NCBI GenBank assembly: GCA_051362555.1 | Contig: CM120642.1 | Span: forward strand, 31,682,001-31,746,000 | Length of the DNA stretch: 64,000 bases | Source: Lingula anatina | Taxonomy: Eukaryota; Animalia; Brachiopoda | Direction: 5' to 3' | In this document: piece by piece, positions 13,739-24,949 of the stretch | How the letters are laid out: each line of letters opens with the position of its first letter | Position numbering within the stretch: the stretch's first letter is position 1 | Made by a program: the position numbers and the translations under genes | Notes under the pieces: generated by a model | The model's database searches: none | What the model was told of the DNA's origin: nothing | What the model saw: the letters and a program-made list of their open reading frames with translations, nothing else

Positions 13739-13852
13739 AACATTTCACTTTCCACACAAAATTGAAGCTACACCTCACAAAGCTTATAATAGCAAACAAA
13801 TTAATGAGCTTTGTGAGGTATAGCTTGTTTTGCGCAGTTTAGTGAAAATGTT
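13739..13852. repeat. Foldback / long inverted repeat
   Basis: aagctacacctcacaaagctta (13765-13786) pairs with tgagctttgtgaggtatagctt (13805-13826). Outer arms aacatttcact / agtgaaaatgtt extend the stem. Confidence 0.75.
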
Positions 13853-16040
13853 AAACTTACGCTCGTTATCAACAGACGTCACAGATGAATTTTCATCAAA
13901 ATAATACAGTGTGCTGGTGGCTTCACAGATTAGATTGATGCTTTAAGCGGGCGAGGTATGGGTACGGATTGCAATTAAGCCTCGACCCTCGGAAGTTTGA
14001 ATCAAAACGGTCATTTTCAAACCCCCCTCCAAATGGACCTTGTTCAAAACGAAAAGGTCTACACTACTAGAGGTAAAACATTCTTTTCGTTTCAAAAGAC
14101 AAAACTTAAACTGAGGCGATTTCGTATTAATAAAGCAAGAATTGTGGTTGATAAGCTTACTATAAGTAAACTGTGCTCTATTTAAATAAACCTGAATTTA
14201 TTTTTGCAAATGAAGTAAAAAAAAAAAAAAAAAACACATACACAGAAACTGGCGATTTAAAAAGAAATCTTACAGTAGGATTCGGATCTTTTTTTAAGGG
14301 CAAAGTCCACATACGCAATTAAAAAAGAACTGATTTAAGGGATATTTTTACGCCGACAGATTGCCGCCTTATAAGCCTTTGGGAATACGTGTTAAGTTAT
14401 ATCGTATTTTCCCGATTAGTAGCTGGAGGAGTTACCGAAGTAAACTTTTGGAAACTATAAAGAAACCCCAAGCTGCTAAATTGGTTCTTTTACTGTCAAA
14501 ATTCAGATTTTGAAAGCAACTTTACATCACTACATAGTATTATGCTGTCAGAAAACGGCGCTATTTACGACGTGCGGTATGTTCACTTGCCTGGCACTTC
14601 ATCCACGGAATCTATGATTAGCATCAAAAACAGAACAAAATATAAACCAGTCCAGATTCCTTTGGCAACTGTAGTCTATTTACAGTGAAGTCGAAAAATC
14701 CTTTTACATTTAGTTCTTGGTTGTTCCTGTCCAGACACACTTTGTCTGGCTCAACTACTGCAATGACGACCTGCATCACAGGCTGTTCCTGCGGAAAATC
14801 ACTTCATTGCTGCATGTATTTACTTGCTACATTCGAAACGGAATGCTGGACTCTTTCATATAAAATCAAGTAATACTTCATTCACGTGAAAAAACATTGC
14901 TGTTTTTGATAAATATCGAGGAAAATTTTCAGGATCTTGGGGAGTTGCTCCAGCTCATAATAATAACAACAATACATTAATAAGTATGGGGAATTTAGTA
15001 TAAACAAGCCAAATCCGAGTTAGTGGCAATTTTAATTCTCTTGCTTAAGGAAAATACAATAACAAAAATATAACATCAATTAACAAGAAAATTTTAAAAT
15101 CACATCCATTAACATCATTTTTTCTTCCAAGTCTACAATGACTTAATGGGATGTTCTACGCTTCATAACAATATAAACACAATGAATACGTTCTTGTGTC
15201 AAATACCGTACAGAAAAATATATGCATATACTGTATTTTTGAAAAATGACAGCAAAGCTGTCAAATGTACAGATATATAACAGGAAAAAACACTTTAAAT
15301 AACAGTGGATGTCTATTCCAACTGATTAACCAGCCTTAAAAACCTAGCAAAGTATAATGAATGAAATATCCACAAAAGAAGATCAAATTTGTAAAAGCAA
15401 GGCCAAATTTATTGAAAGAAAAACAGAAAAAAGGAACAGAAATATACTAATCTGGCTGTGTCTGGTGTCCCCATCGTCACTGTGCACTTTTCACTGTTAA
15501 TTCAATAAATCCAGTTAAATCCAGCTTGCTACCCTTTCTGGCTCTCAATAGTAGTCTAAAACGTTCCAGGGAAATTCCAAATATACAAATTGTCATCAAG
15601 TCCTGAATGCATTTGGTCTGCCACAAAAATAGCCACTGCAATGTTAAGAGTCGGTTCAGCTTTAGTTGAAAAGTTAAATCTTTTGTTTGAGCTTCTTAGC
15701 AAGATTCTCTTTTATCTTTTTCCATGGAAGAGGCCCAGTGGCTTGAACTAGTAAGTGACAGCCACGAGTGAATAAGGAGCATGGAGTGTTTTGTCGAGTA
15801 ACTGAGTTGATTGACATGTTATGATATACAACTGCGTGTAATGTGAAGGGAGAAAAGGCTGCTAGAGATTGCATGAGGTAGAAACAGAAATGAAGAAAGC
15901 AGCATGGATAACAGCTGGAAAGTAGTTAAATAAATAATAAGAAAGATTATAACAAAGTTGTATTTGCTACCTTGCATATCAGCAAGATAAAGGCAACAAC
16001 TTCGTCACACTCTCGATCATAGTTTCTAGGCCTACACAAG

Positions 16041-16107
16041 ATGGATGATTTTGTAAAAGAAACTATGACAAAATGGAACATACAGCAGTTCATCCAGTGC
16101 TTTGAAG
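16041..16107 (+). pseudogene. Isolated first-exon fragment of a SAM-domain-like protein
   Basis: ATG...MDDFVKETMTKWNIQQFIQCFE followed by donor G|GTAAG. It resembles the N-terminal SAM helix (V..L..W.L..Y...F). No continuation was found. Confidence 0.4.
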
Positions 16108-17188
16108 GTAAGCTTTTTCACTTCTTTCCATAAATTTTGCCAGTTCGAGAATAGTGGTCTACTCAGACAAAATTTCAAAGCTTGGCCTGCCTTGTCCCAC
16201 GGCTTATATTTCTCTCGCCACTCAGATCATAACCGAGTTATACTTGCTACCTTATGTATCAGCAAAAGATAAAGGTAACGGCTTCATCACACTCTCGTCA
16301 ATAAATTGTTTGGTCTTCACCTAGGACTGGAGGAGCTGTCATGTCAGTGAGACGGTGAAGGAGCAGGGATATGTAGAGATTTCTCAGAGTAGGAAGGAGG
16401 AAGTGTAGAATATTCAGGACCTGAGACTCTCAGACGAGTATGTCCTTTAGGTAGGTTCCCAACTGCTCTTGAAACCCTTACTGGGTTTGATTGCCCAAAT
16501 TGCCAAACAATGAGGAGGAGTGATCTTTCATCCAAAGACCGCAAGAAAGGTATGACAGCCACAGCCAAAGGCATTCGTCGTCAGCTGGGTTGAGGGAGGT
16601 CATCATCCAGGTGGATAACAAGGAAGTTACAGTTTCCAGGGCAACTGTTATCTTCTGCGACCCAGCAACATACCCAAGTGCTGAGGAGGTGGTTTCTCTA
16701 AAGTCAGAGGGAGAGAGACGTGGTGTCAGTGGGTTGGCATCCAAGACACGAATATCACCCTGAGGGCTGGGCAAAGTTTGAGCAGACATCCAGTAATTTG
16801 GCGGTGTCTGTTCTGGGTGAGACCACACCACCTCACCCGGGCAGTGGGACGCATAGTGCTGGAGAGGGCTCTTAAGCTGATAAGAGCTGACCAGGTGTTG
16901 GTTCTGCACTGCCAAGAAACCAAGGGAGAAGACGCAACAAATTTAGTCAGGAAAAATGTTTAAACATCCCAAGACTGGCTGAGGAGGTGAAGCATGACCA
17001 GTTAATAAACTGGGATGGTGAAGAAGTGAGTGGGGCACCTTTACACATTTACTTCAGAGCAAATGCTTGGAAGAGAAACTGATGGTTATTCTGGAGAGGG
17101 CTAGACACTTGCTTTAAACAGAAAGGCTTTAAAATAGTTTTAACATAGCCAGAACCCATCAGCTTTTCGTTCATTTTGAGAAATCGGA

Positions 17189-18085
17189 GTGCTCAAGCTA
17201 CCAGCAGAGTCTACTCTCAGGTACTACACTAATGTTTTGCACTCAAGTGCAGGTTTTCAGATGGAAGTTTTTTTGGAACTGAAACATCTAGCAGAAAAAC
17301 TAACCAACAAGGAACAGTGGGTTTTCTTGATACACGATGAAACTGCTATAAAGTCTGGGCTGGCTTCTGAACATCAGAGAGGGAAGCTAGTTGGATACAC
17401 TGATGAACAGCAAGGAAAAGAAAGATCAGCAAGGGAGAACCACCTTACTGACAAAGGACATTGGATTTACTTGATGCAAGAAGCAATTGCTACAAAGTCC
17501 AGGCTGGTGTATGACTGTTGGATTAGGGAACTAGTTGACTGCATTGAAGAGCAGAAAAGAAAGAAAAGGTTAGTGAGGGAGAACCACCTAGCTACAAATG
17601 CTCTCGTTTTTATGGCAGTTGGACTTACAGGTGCCATCAAGATGAGCACTGGTTTCTTTCCAATGTGATACCAACTGCAACAGCTTATCAATTATTTCCA
17701 CATACGTGGACAGCAGTTGGACTTCTAGAAGGTATGTGGCACTAGTGACTGTCATCACATTCTGTGGACTCTGTATGATGTCCAACAAACATGACATGAC
17801 AAATGCAACTGTACAAATAGTTTTTCCTAAGTGTTGTAATTTAAAATTCTTGTAGACCATCATGTTTTTCATTGTGAATCATATTTCTAGCACTTTGTAA
17901 TCATTCAGGTGATTTCTTTCACAAGTGACAAAGCAAGTCCCAACCAGCATCTGATCTGGCTTCACAGTATACTCAAGTCTCAGAATGTATTTTTACTCTT
18001 AGTGATGCCCCTCATCTTGTGAAGACTTCGAGAAATAACCTCGCTTCTACAGGATTGGGGGGAAAAACACCAAATGTCTGTGGGT
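17189..18085 (+). pseudogene. Decayed, intron-containing P-element/THAP9-type transposase fragment
   Basis: LKLPAESTLRYYT...VFLIHDETAIKSGL...GKLVGYTD...HLATNALVFMAVGL...GFFP, then a frameshift, TATAYQLFPHTWTAVGLLE|GT, intron, VISFTSDKASPN...SDAPHLVKTSRNNL. These are the characteristic DE-x-x-I-K, D-G/K-A-S-x-N and D-x-P-H-L-x-K-x-x-R-N motifs. Stops, frameshifts and an internal duplication indicate inactivity. Confidence 0.85.
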
Positions 18086-18439
18086 ATAGAGCTACTGTGT
18101 CATTCCTATGAATGACTATCCAGTTATACATTTGGTATGTCCTGCACACATTCAATAATAGAATGACACCAATTGCTCTTAAATTTAATGCAGGTGCAAG
18201 AATGTACAGGCTCTTATTTCTGTAGTAATTAATTCTTTTCTTAGATTGAAATACATAAATAAAATGGTAAAATTTTCGTAAGTTTCTTTTTTTGTTTTCA
18301 TAGGACTTGATGTCATCATTGTCTGGAGATGACCTTGAGGAAATTGTTTTTTTAAATTAACTGTTGCGAAAGTAGTCCTGCTTTCGCAATGGATGTCGAG
18401 AACAACACCCGTGTGAAGAAGGGACAAGGTCCCTCACAG

Positions 18440-19215
18440 CCACAACCCCCTCAATAGTTCCACCTGACCAGTGTGTCTGTGGGAAATGCAGACAAATGCC
18501 CACTGCTCCAGAAAAGAAATATTGCCAGCAGCCTGAAAGCTGCAAAAACCTGGACCCTGTTTATATTTTTGATTATCAAACTGTTGCTATGCATGCAAAA
18601 AAGGTTTTACGCTTACACACCATTTGACTAAAATGAGATGTACAACTGAAAAAGGTTGCTTCTGCATTAGAACACTTTAGACAGAAACAACCATTCTGTT
18701 CCAACAGTGGTAAATCTTCACAACTATAGTAATTTTTTAAAACGTGATATACCAAGTTCTCATCTTCAGGATTAATTCCATATATATGGCCTTTCCAAAT
18801 ACCTAGATATAAAACAATAGTAGAAGATCTTGTTTTTATTATTTCAGATTATGGAGTTCAACATCTTGAACCCTTTTCACCTGGTCATTTATCGCATCAT
18901 AAGGGGCATCTATGAGGGTCGAGATGATGCCAGGTAGGAGAATGAAGAGGACAATGCCTCCATGCTTTGAAATACCTTTTCCCCTTGTCATCTGTCCTGT
19001 CATAAGGGGTGACTATGAGGGTCGAGATGATGACAGGGAGGAAAGAGAAGAGGATAATGCATCCATGCGTCATGCTGCCTATAGAAGCTTCATAGCTTGG
19101 CAGTACCACAAGCTAACAGCAGGAGACAGAAGGGTTATACCATCCTGCTGTGTGTGGTGGATGAGGGACAGATTGCCCTCCCCAACAGGCCAGTACAGAG
19201 GGTTTTGCCTAGGAG
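18440..19215 (+). pseudogene. P2X7 C-terminal 'ballast' / nanor-like Zn-binding Cys-rich domain gene remnant (2 exons)
   Basis: PPDQCVCGKCRQMPTAPEKKYCQQPESC (~18460-18543) and NASMRHAAYRSFIAWQYHKLTAGDRRVIPSCCVWWMRDRLPSPTGQYRGF (~19056-19206) match the CxCGxCxxM...CC and RxxAYRxFxxW...RxxIPSCxVxxIRxxFP...YxGF signature. Confidence 0.85.
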
Positions 19216-20306
19216 GAGAGTTGAGACTTAGTGGAAGGGAATGGGAACAATCAGGAGAAACTTTGGTGCATATTATGTAAAGATGTGAAAAAATAGGGTG
19301 AAGGAGCATTGCAAATACAGATATGTATGAGAAGACAGATTGACCTAGCGTTAATACTCTAGGTGCAGAAATTGGGAAGAATCAGAGGTTTCTAACTCCC
19401 TTGGAGGAGAACCTTGCATTTAGTAGAGGTTTATGTTTGGATAGAAAATTTAAGATATGTTATGTTAAAATGATTTTTGAAATGCTCATCATATTATCAA
19501 GTGGCATAACATGTTTCGGAGAGACATTCAAAAAGTGGGAAAGGTGAGAAAAATTCTTCTGAAGGATAAAAAAGAAAGTCACAGTGAATCTGTGGGGGAT
19601 GCTTTAGCTCTGAAAGATGTTTTTCCGTTTCCTGAGACAAAGATCTAAACAAAAATGTCTTGTCTGTTTTGAATGTACTGCCTTTGGATGGAAGGGCAGA
19701 TAAAACCAGTTTAACATAGATAGAAGAGGATGGAGACATTATGAAACTTCTACTAGAAGCAGATAGAGAATCTACTTGTCAGTCTACAGAGATAATCTTT
19801 GATGCCTTTTTCTGTACTGCAAGGAGGATATCGAGTCTCAGCTACCAGTAAATCTCAGGCTGATCACCCTGCCATGCAAAGTCACTAGAATTGAAATAGC
19901 TCAAGATTTACACAACAACCTCCCATGTGAAATATGCATTGATAAAGCATGTATACTGTAGTTAATGCATTTCTTCATAATTCAACCACGTCTCTACAGA
20001 AGAAAGACGTTTTTTTCCACTGCTAAATGCTCTTGAACTACATTTTAGTGAAAATTAATCCAGCAAGTCTGAAGATAATAAAATATAATAGTTATATTGA
20101 GATAACAGTGAAAAGTGCACAGCGACAATGCTGAAAACAACAATGACAGATGCAGGTGATAGGTATATGACAAAAGACAAAATGTCGGTACATAAAAAAT
20201 TTATCTCTGTCTCATTATTACATTAAGAAAAACATGAAACAATACATTAAATTTTATCAGTGATAATTTTAGACGTCAGTAGTTCAATCATTGGAAGATT
20301 TCATTC

Positions 20307-23300
20307 TCATCTTTTCTTGTACACACAGGGTTGTAGTTCTATCTTCGGAAGGTTTTTACTGTCTGTCTTCTTTACCTTTTCAAACTGGAACATCACAAAC
20401 ATTTTGTTTGATGTGTCCTGAAATTGTGCAAAATTTAGACTTCTAATATCTTATTCTCAAATTGAACATCAGCTCCTCATGTACTAGTTTACAAAAATAA
20501 AGGCATACCTTAGTAAAAACTATGTATCACATCCTGTCTAATGGTTAAGGCTGGTTCAGAAGTAGTTCTCTCTTAGTTAAAACACATTTTTACAAAACAT
20601 TTTTAACACAACATTAAGCATTCATATTTTCTTATCTGTAAAATTAAACTAAATTCTTTATCATATACAATTAAAGAGGGAGCAGGGGAAAGCAGCTGAG
20701 GGGAGAGAGGTTTCGATGCAATTCTTATCATTATTGCTCTCCATCTTACTATACTTACCGTATGAAGCGATGAAAACCCCATCTGTTCAACACTTTTAAC
20801 AAATGCCCCAATTCTGTCAAATCTGCTCACGACCTCTGCAATAAGCAGCTTGCCTCTGCAACAAAATTAATCTATTACATATAAAGTGAAAAGTAAAACA
20901 AGATTGCTTTGTTTCAAAGGATTTACACTGATGCTCGAGATTAAAAATCAAACATATTAAGTTTTTTCTCAAATATCCTGCCATTACCTTCTGTACTGCT
21001 AAAGACTATGATCTTAGGGTAAACAAACCTAATAACAAGCTAGAAACCCTTCCATTATTCATCATTCATCCACAGAAATTGACACACATGCATGGTTCAT
21101 CCATTTCCACTGGTCATGTGTGCATGATCATTTCTTGCAACGTGCACGTGTGGTTAACCCATTTATTGCATTCTGGTTACCCATGTATGTGCATAACAGG
21201 AAATAGGCATGCAAACACGACCAGCCAAAAAGCAGGAATGGGTTAACACATGCACAGTTCTCTGTGGAAAGGTACACCACTCACCCCTTCTTTAACACCC
21301 TGTTGGCCTCCCTCAGGAAGTCTACCAGGTTAGTCCCCATCAGCGCCAGGCAGAATACAGCCACACCAACACTGCCATCTTTGAGAGGGGTCTGTAGAAA
21401 ATCAATGTACGTGGAAAATTGGAATTCATGTTAATGCTATTTACTGTTATACCCAGTGCTTGGTCAGATCTTTTTGAGACTGGAATGATTTTTCATGAAT
21501 GTCTGACAACCAAAATTTTCTTGAGCCAGAGTATTCATATCTCATAACTGGTAAAAATCACATGTAACTAGAGAGAGCCCAATTTTTCCCTATTTCAAAA
21601 TTGTAATGGAACTGCTAAATATAAGATTAAAATAACATGCTTAAAATACAGAAAAAGAATTTTACCTTAGCCATGTCACACGCGGTGACATACTTGTTCA
21701 CGGCAACCAGATCAAAGGAATGCACCTGATTGGATACAGACTGCGCTATCTTGGCATCTCCGCAGCCAAAATCTGCTACAACCTCATTGCTTGCTCTGTA
21801 GATGATGCAAAAATTAGAAATAAATTTAAGAGATCCACCTGACAAAACTGTGCTAAATATTTTGTGAAAATTGTAAAGCAGGTGTGTAGAGCTCAAGGGC
21901 CACAGAAATAACAGAAAAGAGAGATAGGTTGTGTGCAGGCCGTTTCCTTTTATTTTTGCTTAGTATATACAGAAAATTGTCCTTCTATTACAGGAGCCAG
22001 AAAGTGCAAACAGACATACAAACTTACAAACACAAAGACCCAGCAACATATTCAAAAACCTCCAAAGGGGGATTTCAAAGTAATAACAAAGAAGTTATAC
22101 TATTGTGAAACAAAGTAAAAGAAAACAGAATGCTCACTTACTTTTTCTTGATGAAGTCTATGATAGTATTAACTGGGCTCTGTGGCCATTTTGCCACTTG
22201 ATTTTGGAAGCCGTCATGATAGGCCTGGAAAGCTTCTGGATCAGAGCGGAACATCTTCACTGCCTCCTCACTAGGTAGAGTGTAAAGCTGTTCATTCAAA
22301 TAGCGGAACCTTCAGAAAATTAAAAAAATTATGAATTAAGTTTTCTACCTCTGGTAGCCAGGTTATATTTCAATTGGCTTATGAAACATAAAAAACTTAC
22401 TTATCACATAATAGAAGAAGTTTTCTGGAAAAATATCAAGCAAATATTGTGTTTATGAAACTGATTACTTTCCTTAATTGTACTATTGCTCTTATATCGT
22501 TACCTTGCTGCATGAAGACGCTCCATCATCTTTTCACGAAGCACCTGTGACTTGTTTTGTGACTTGGACTGAGGCGAGAGAATCTCCTTGGTTTCAAATT
22601 TCTCTTCTTTCTTTCTGACCATTTTAGTCTTCTTTCCTCCTGCATTGATTTCATCAGCCTGAAGCAGAGCCTTCACTTTATTTTTATCCAAGCCAGTCTT
22701 AGACTTTGGAGCCAACTGAAAATTATTCAAGTCATCTTTCTCAGCTAAAGGTTGGTTGATGTCATCCTTTGTCACCTTTCCCTTCAAAACCTTATGTTCT
22801 TTACCAGTTTTTCTTTCCAATTTATCTACTTCAGAAGATTTTCCTTTAGTCCTTTTCGAAACACTCTTCCCAGATGCATTACCTAATTTTTCAACTTCTG
22901 CAAGGGTACTTCTTTCTATAGAATATTTCTGCTTTTTTTCAGACGATTCACTACTTGTATTTTGTGCCATTTTGGTCCCATTAGAAAAGCCATTGTCATC
23001 ACCAACTGATGCGCTGAGTTTTCTCTTCTTGTTATTTGTCATATTGTCAACAGGAGTGGCATTGTCCCTTTTGGACATATTGTTGTCCTTCATTTCATCC
23101 CCAGTACATTCTTTCTTCCTCTTTAAACTACTTTTGCTCAAGTTTGTTGCCATGCAAGCACCTTTTGTCATAGTTTCAGTTTTTGGTTGTTTTTCATCAA
23201 CTTGTTGTGATCCGTCTTTAGAATTAATTACAAAATTTCCTTTATCTGCATTGCCTGTTGAAGCACTCTTTTCCCTCTGCTGTGCTTCCCACACATCTTT

Positions 23301-24115
23301 ATATTTGTTTTTCTTAGCTTTTCTTTTTCTCTTCTTCTTTTTCTTGGGAAGAGAGGGCTGAGTTGTGTTGGATGCTTCAGCTTTCTTCTGAGTTTGTGTT
23401 ACTGTGGTGTCCTTTCCACCTGAACTTTCATCATTCACAGCCTCTTTCTTATTCTTGTCAAAGTCTTTGTATTTATTTCTTTTTTTCTTATTTTTATTGA
23501 TATCATTTTGAGACTTTTCCAAATTTTTGTGTTTCTTATTCAATTTAAACTTTGGCACAGATTCTCCCCCATTTGTCATCATTTTTGCAGTGGGTTTGTG
23601 AATTTTCTTCACTTTTGCGACCACAGTACTTTTTTGCATGTGACTTCTACTCTTTCCCTGCAATGATCCTGGACTCCCAGATTTATGTTTCTTCTTAGAA
23701 AAGCTGTCAACTGGCTCTAATGGTCTCTTTTTGGTTTTCTTTTGGCTTGCAATAATCTCATCTGAACCTGAATGGTCTGTATTAAGATGTGGTTTCTTTT
23801 TCTTCTTTTCCTGAACAAAAAAGACACAATATAAAATGTGGTTTAGATATAACTTAAACAAATGTGAAATGTGATTTATATAAGACCTTCAACATTAATT
23901 GCATTTCAATTTCCTAGGGTTTAAAAAAGAAGGATACAGAACCAGACTAAAATGTAAAATCCCATATTTCATTTTAAGATTGGGGGCACACGTTAAATAA
24001 TCTAAATAAAATTATTAAGCTTTAAACAAAGTACATTTACTTTACTCTTGCCAAACAAACTGTGGTCTAGTTGGTTTGCAGATCTATCAACATCCCAAAC
24101 CTCTGCTTCAAACAT
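20307..24115 (-). CDS. RRP8: Ribosomal RNA-processing protein 8 (nucleomethylin; 25S/28S rRNA m1A methyltransferase), 7 coding exons
   Basis: Exons 24115-24041, 23810-22504, 22309-22142, 21795-21666, 21391-21285, 20855-20759 and 20417-20307 join in frame with GT-AG. Motifs: MFEAEVWD, a Lys-rich N-terminus, [59 protein letters not shown] and terminal LQPCVYKKR*. Confidence 0.96.
21069..21268. mobile_element. ~200 bp palindromic MITE in an RRP8 intron
   Basis: Nested imperfect inverted arms: tccacagaaattg / cagttctctgtgga, and ctggtcatgtgtgcatgatcatttcttg / caggaaataggcatgcaaacacgaccag. Confidence 0.65.
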
Positions 24116-24529
24116 CCTGAAAAAGAAGGCAAAATACTGGTAAATATATATATATATTACCGGTAGATATTTACTACTACTACTGCCCCCTCCACCATTC
24201 TCATCCCCAACCCAACAAGATTTTTCAAAAAAATTAAAATTTTGGTGTTTATTATTTAGCCTCGTTCAACAGAGGTCAGCGTCTAGATAAGTACAACAGA
24301 CTGTACAATTAACCTGCTGCCTTACACACAGATGCCCTAAATTTTCTCAGCCAGCGACCTTGCTGCGCTCTCCTCTTGTTTATCACTTCATGGAAAGATT
24401 GTCTAGTGCAAATCCCAATCACGGTAAAATACAGTATAAAAGGATGTCATCAACCAACCTGAACCCTTTCACCCCTGCGGATGTTATAAAGAAGAATGCC
24501 AAATACTGTTTTCAAGACATTCTTGTTGC

Positions 24530-24625
24530 TCTGCATTCGCACGTGCTACTCTCCGTACGTGCCTTAAACCGGAAGTAAATATGCGCGTGGAAAGATGCGC
24601 GCAGCTTGCTAGATAGAGGGAGTGG
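24530..24625. promoter_or_regulatory. Bidirectional RRP8/ILK promoter
   Basis: CpG-rich patch between divergent ATGs only ~835 bp apart. Contains E-box gcacgtgc 24539-24546, ETS/GABP ccggaagt 24569-24576 and NRF1-like tgcgcg / tgcgcgca 24582-24603. Confidence 0.7.
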
Positions 24626-24949
24626 GAATCAAGACAGTTGTAATTAGATTGCTTTTGTTTTCAGCTGCTATTACGATTACATAGGCGTAGCATTTCATCG
24701 ACTTGTGGATATTTGTTTTGTGAATATAACAGCCATTAAGGATTTACGACACTTAGATAGTTACGATCAGGAGAATACACACAGTCGACCAGCAGATTTG
24801 TCGATTTCAACCACACACGATATAGCTGAACTAGAGACTCGGAAGCAGCAGCATACCTGACATACTTATGCCAACTTCATGGTGGATTCTTGTTTGTGAC
24901 TGTTACTGAATGACCTCTAGGACAAATATTGAACTGTTTTTCACACAGG

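Larger units (their letters stand above)
15245..20199 (-). mobile_element. Helentron/HINE-like element (~5 kb) with internal captured or nested gene fragments
   Basis: Minus-strand 5' end ttttttatgtaccgac...atcacctgcatctgtc...gtcgctgtgcacttttca (20199-20095) and 3' end tctgtacatttGACAGCtttGCTGTC (15273-15248). Both match the two ends of the intact copy at 28889-31128. Confidence 0.65.

Noticed and set aside
22756-23361. 201-aa hydrophobic ORF on the + strand
   Set aside because: Antisense shadow of the Lys-rich RRP8 exon.
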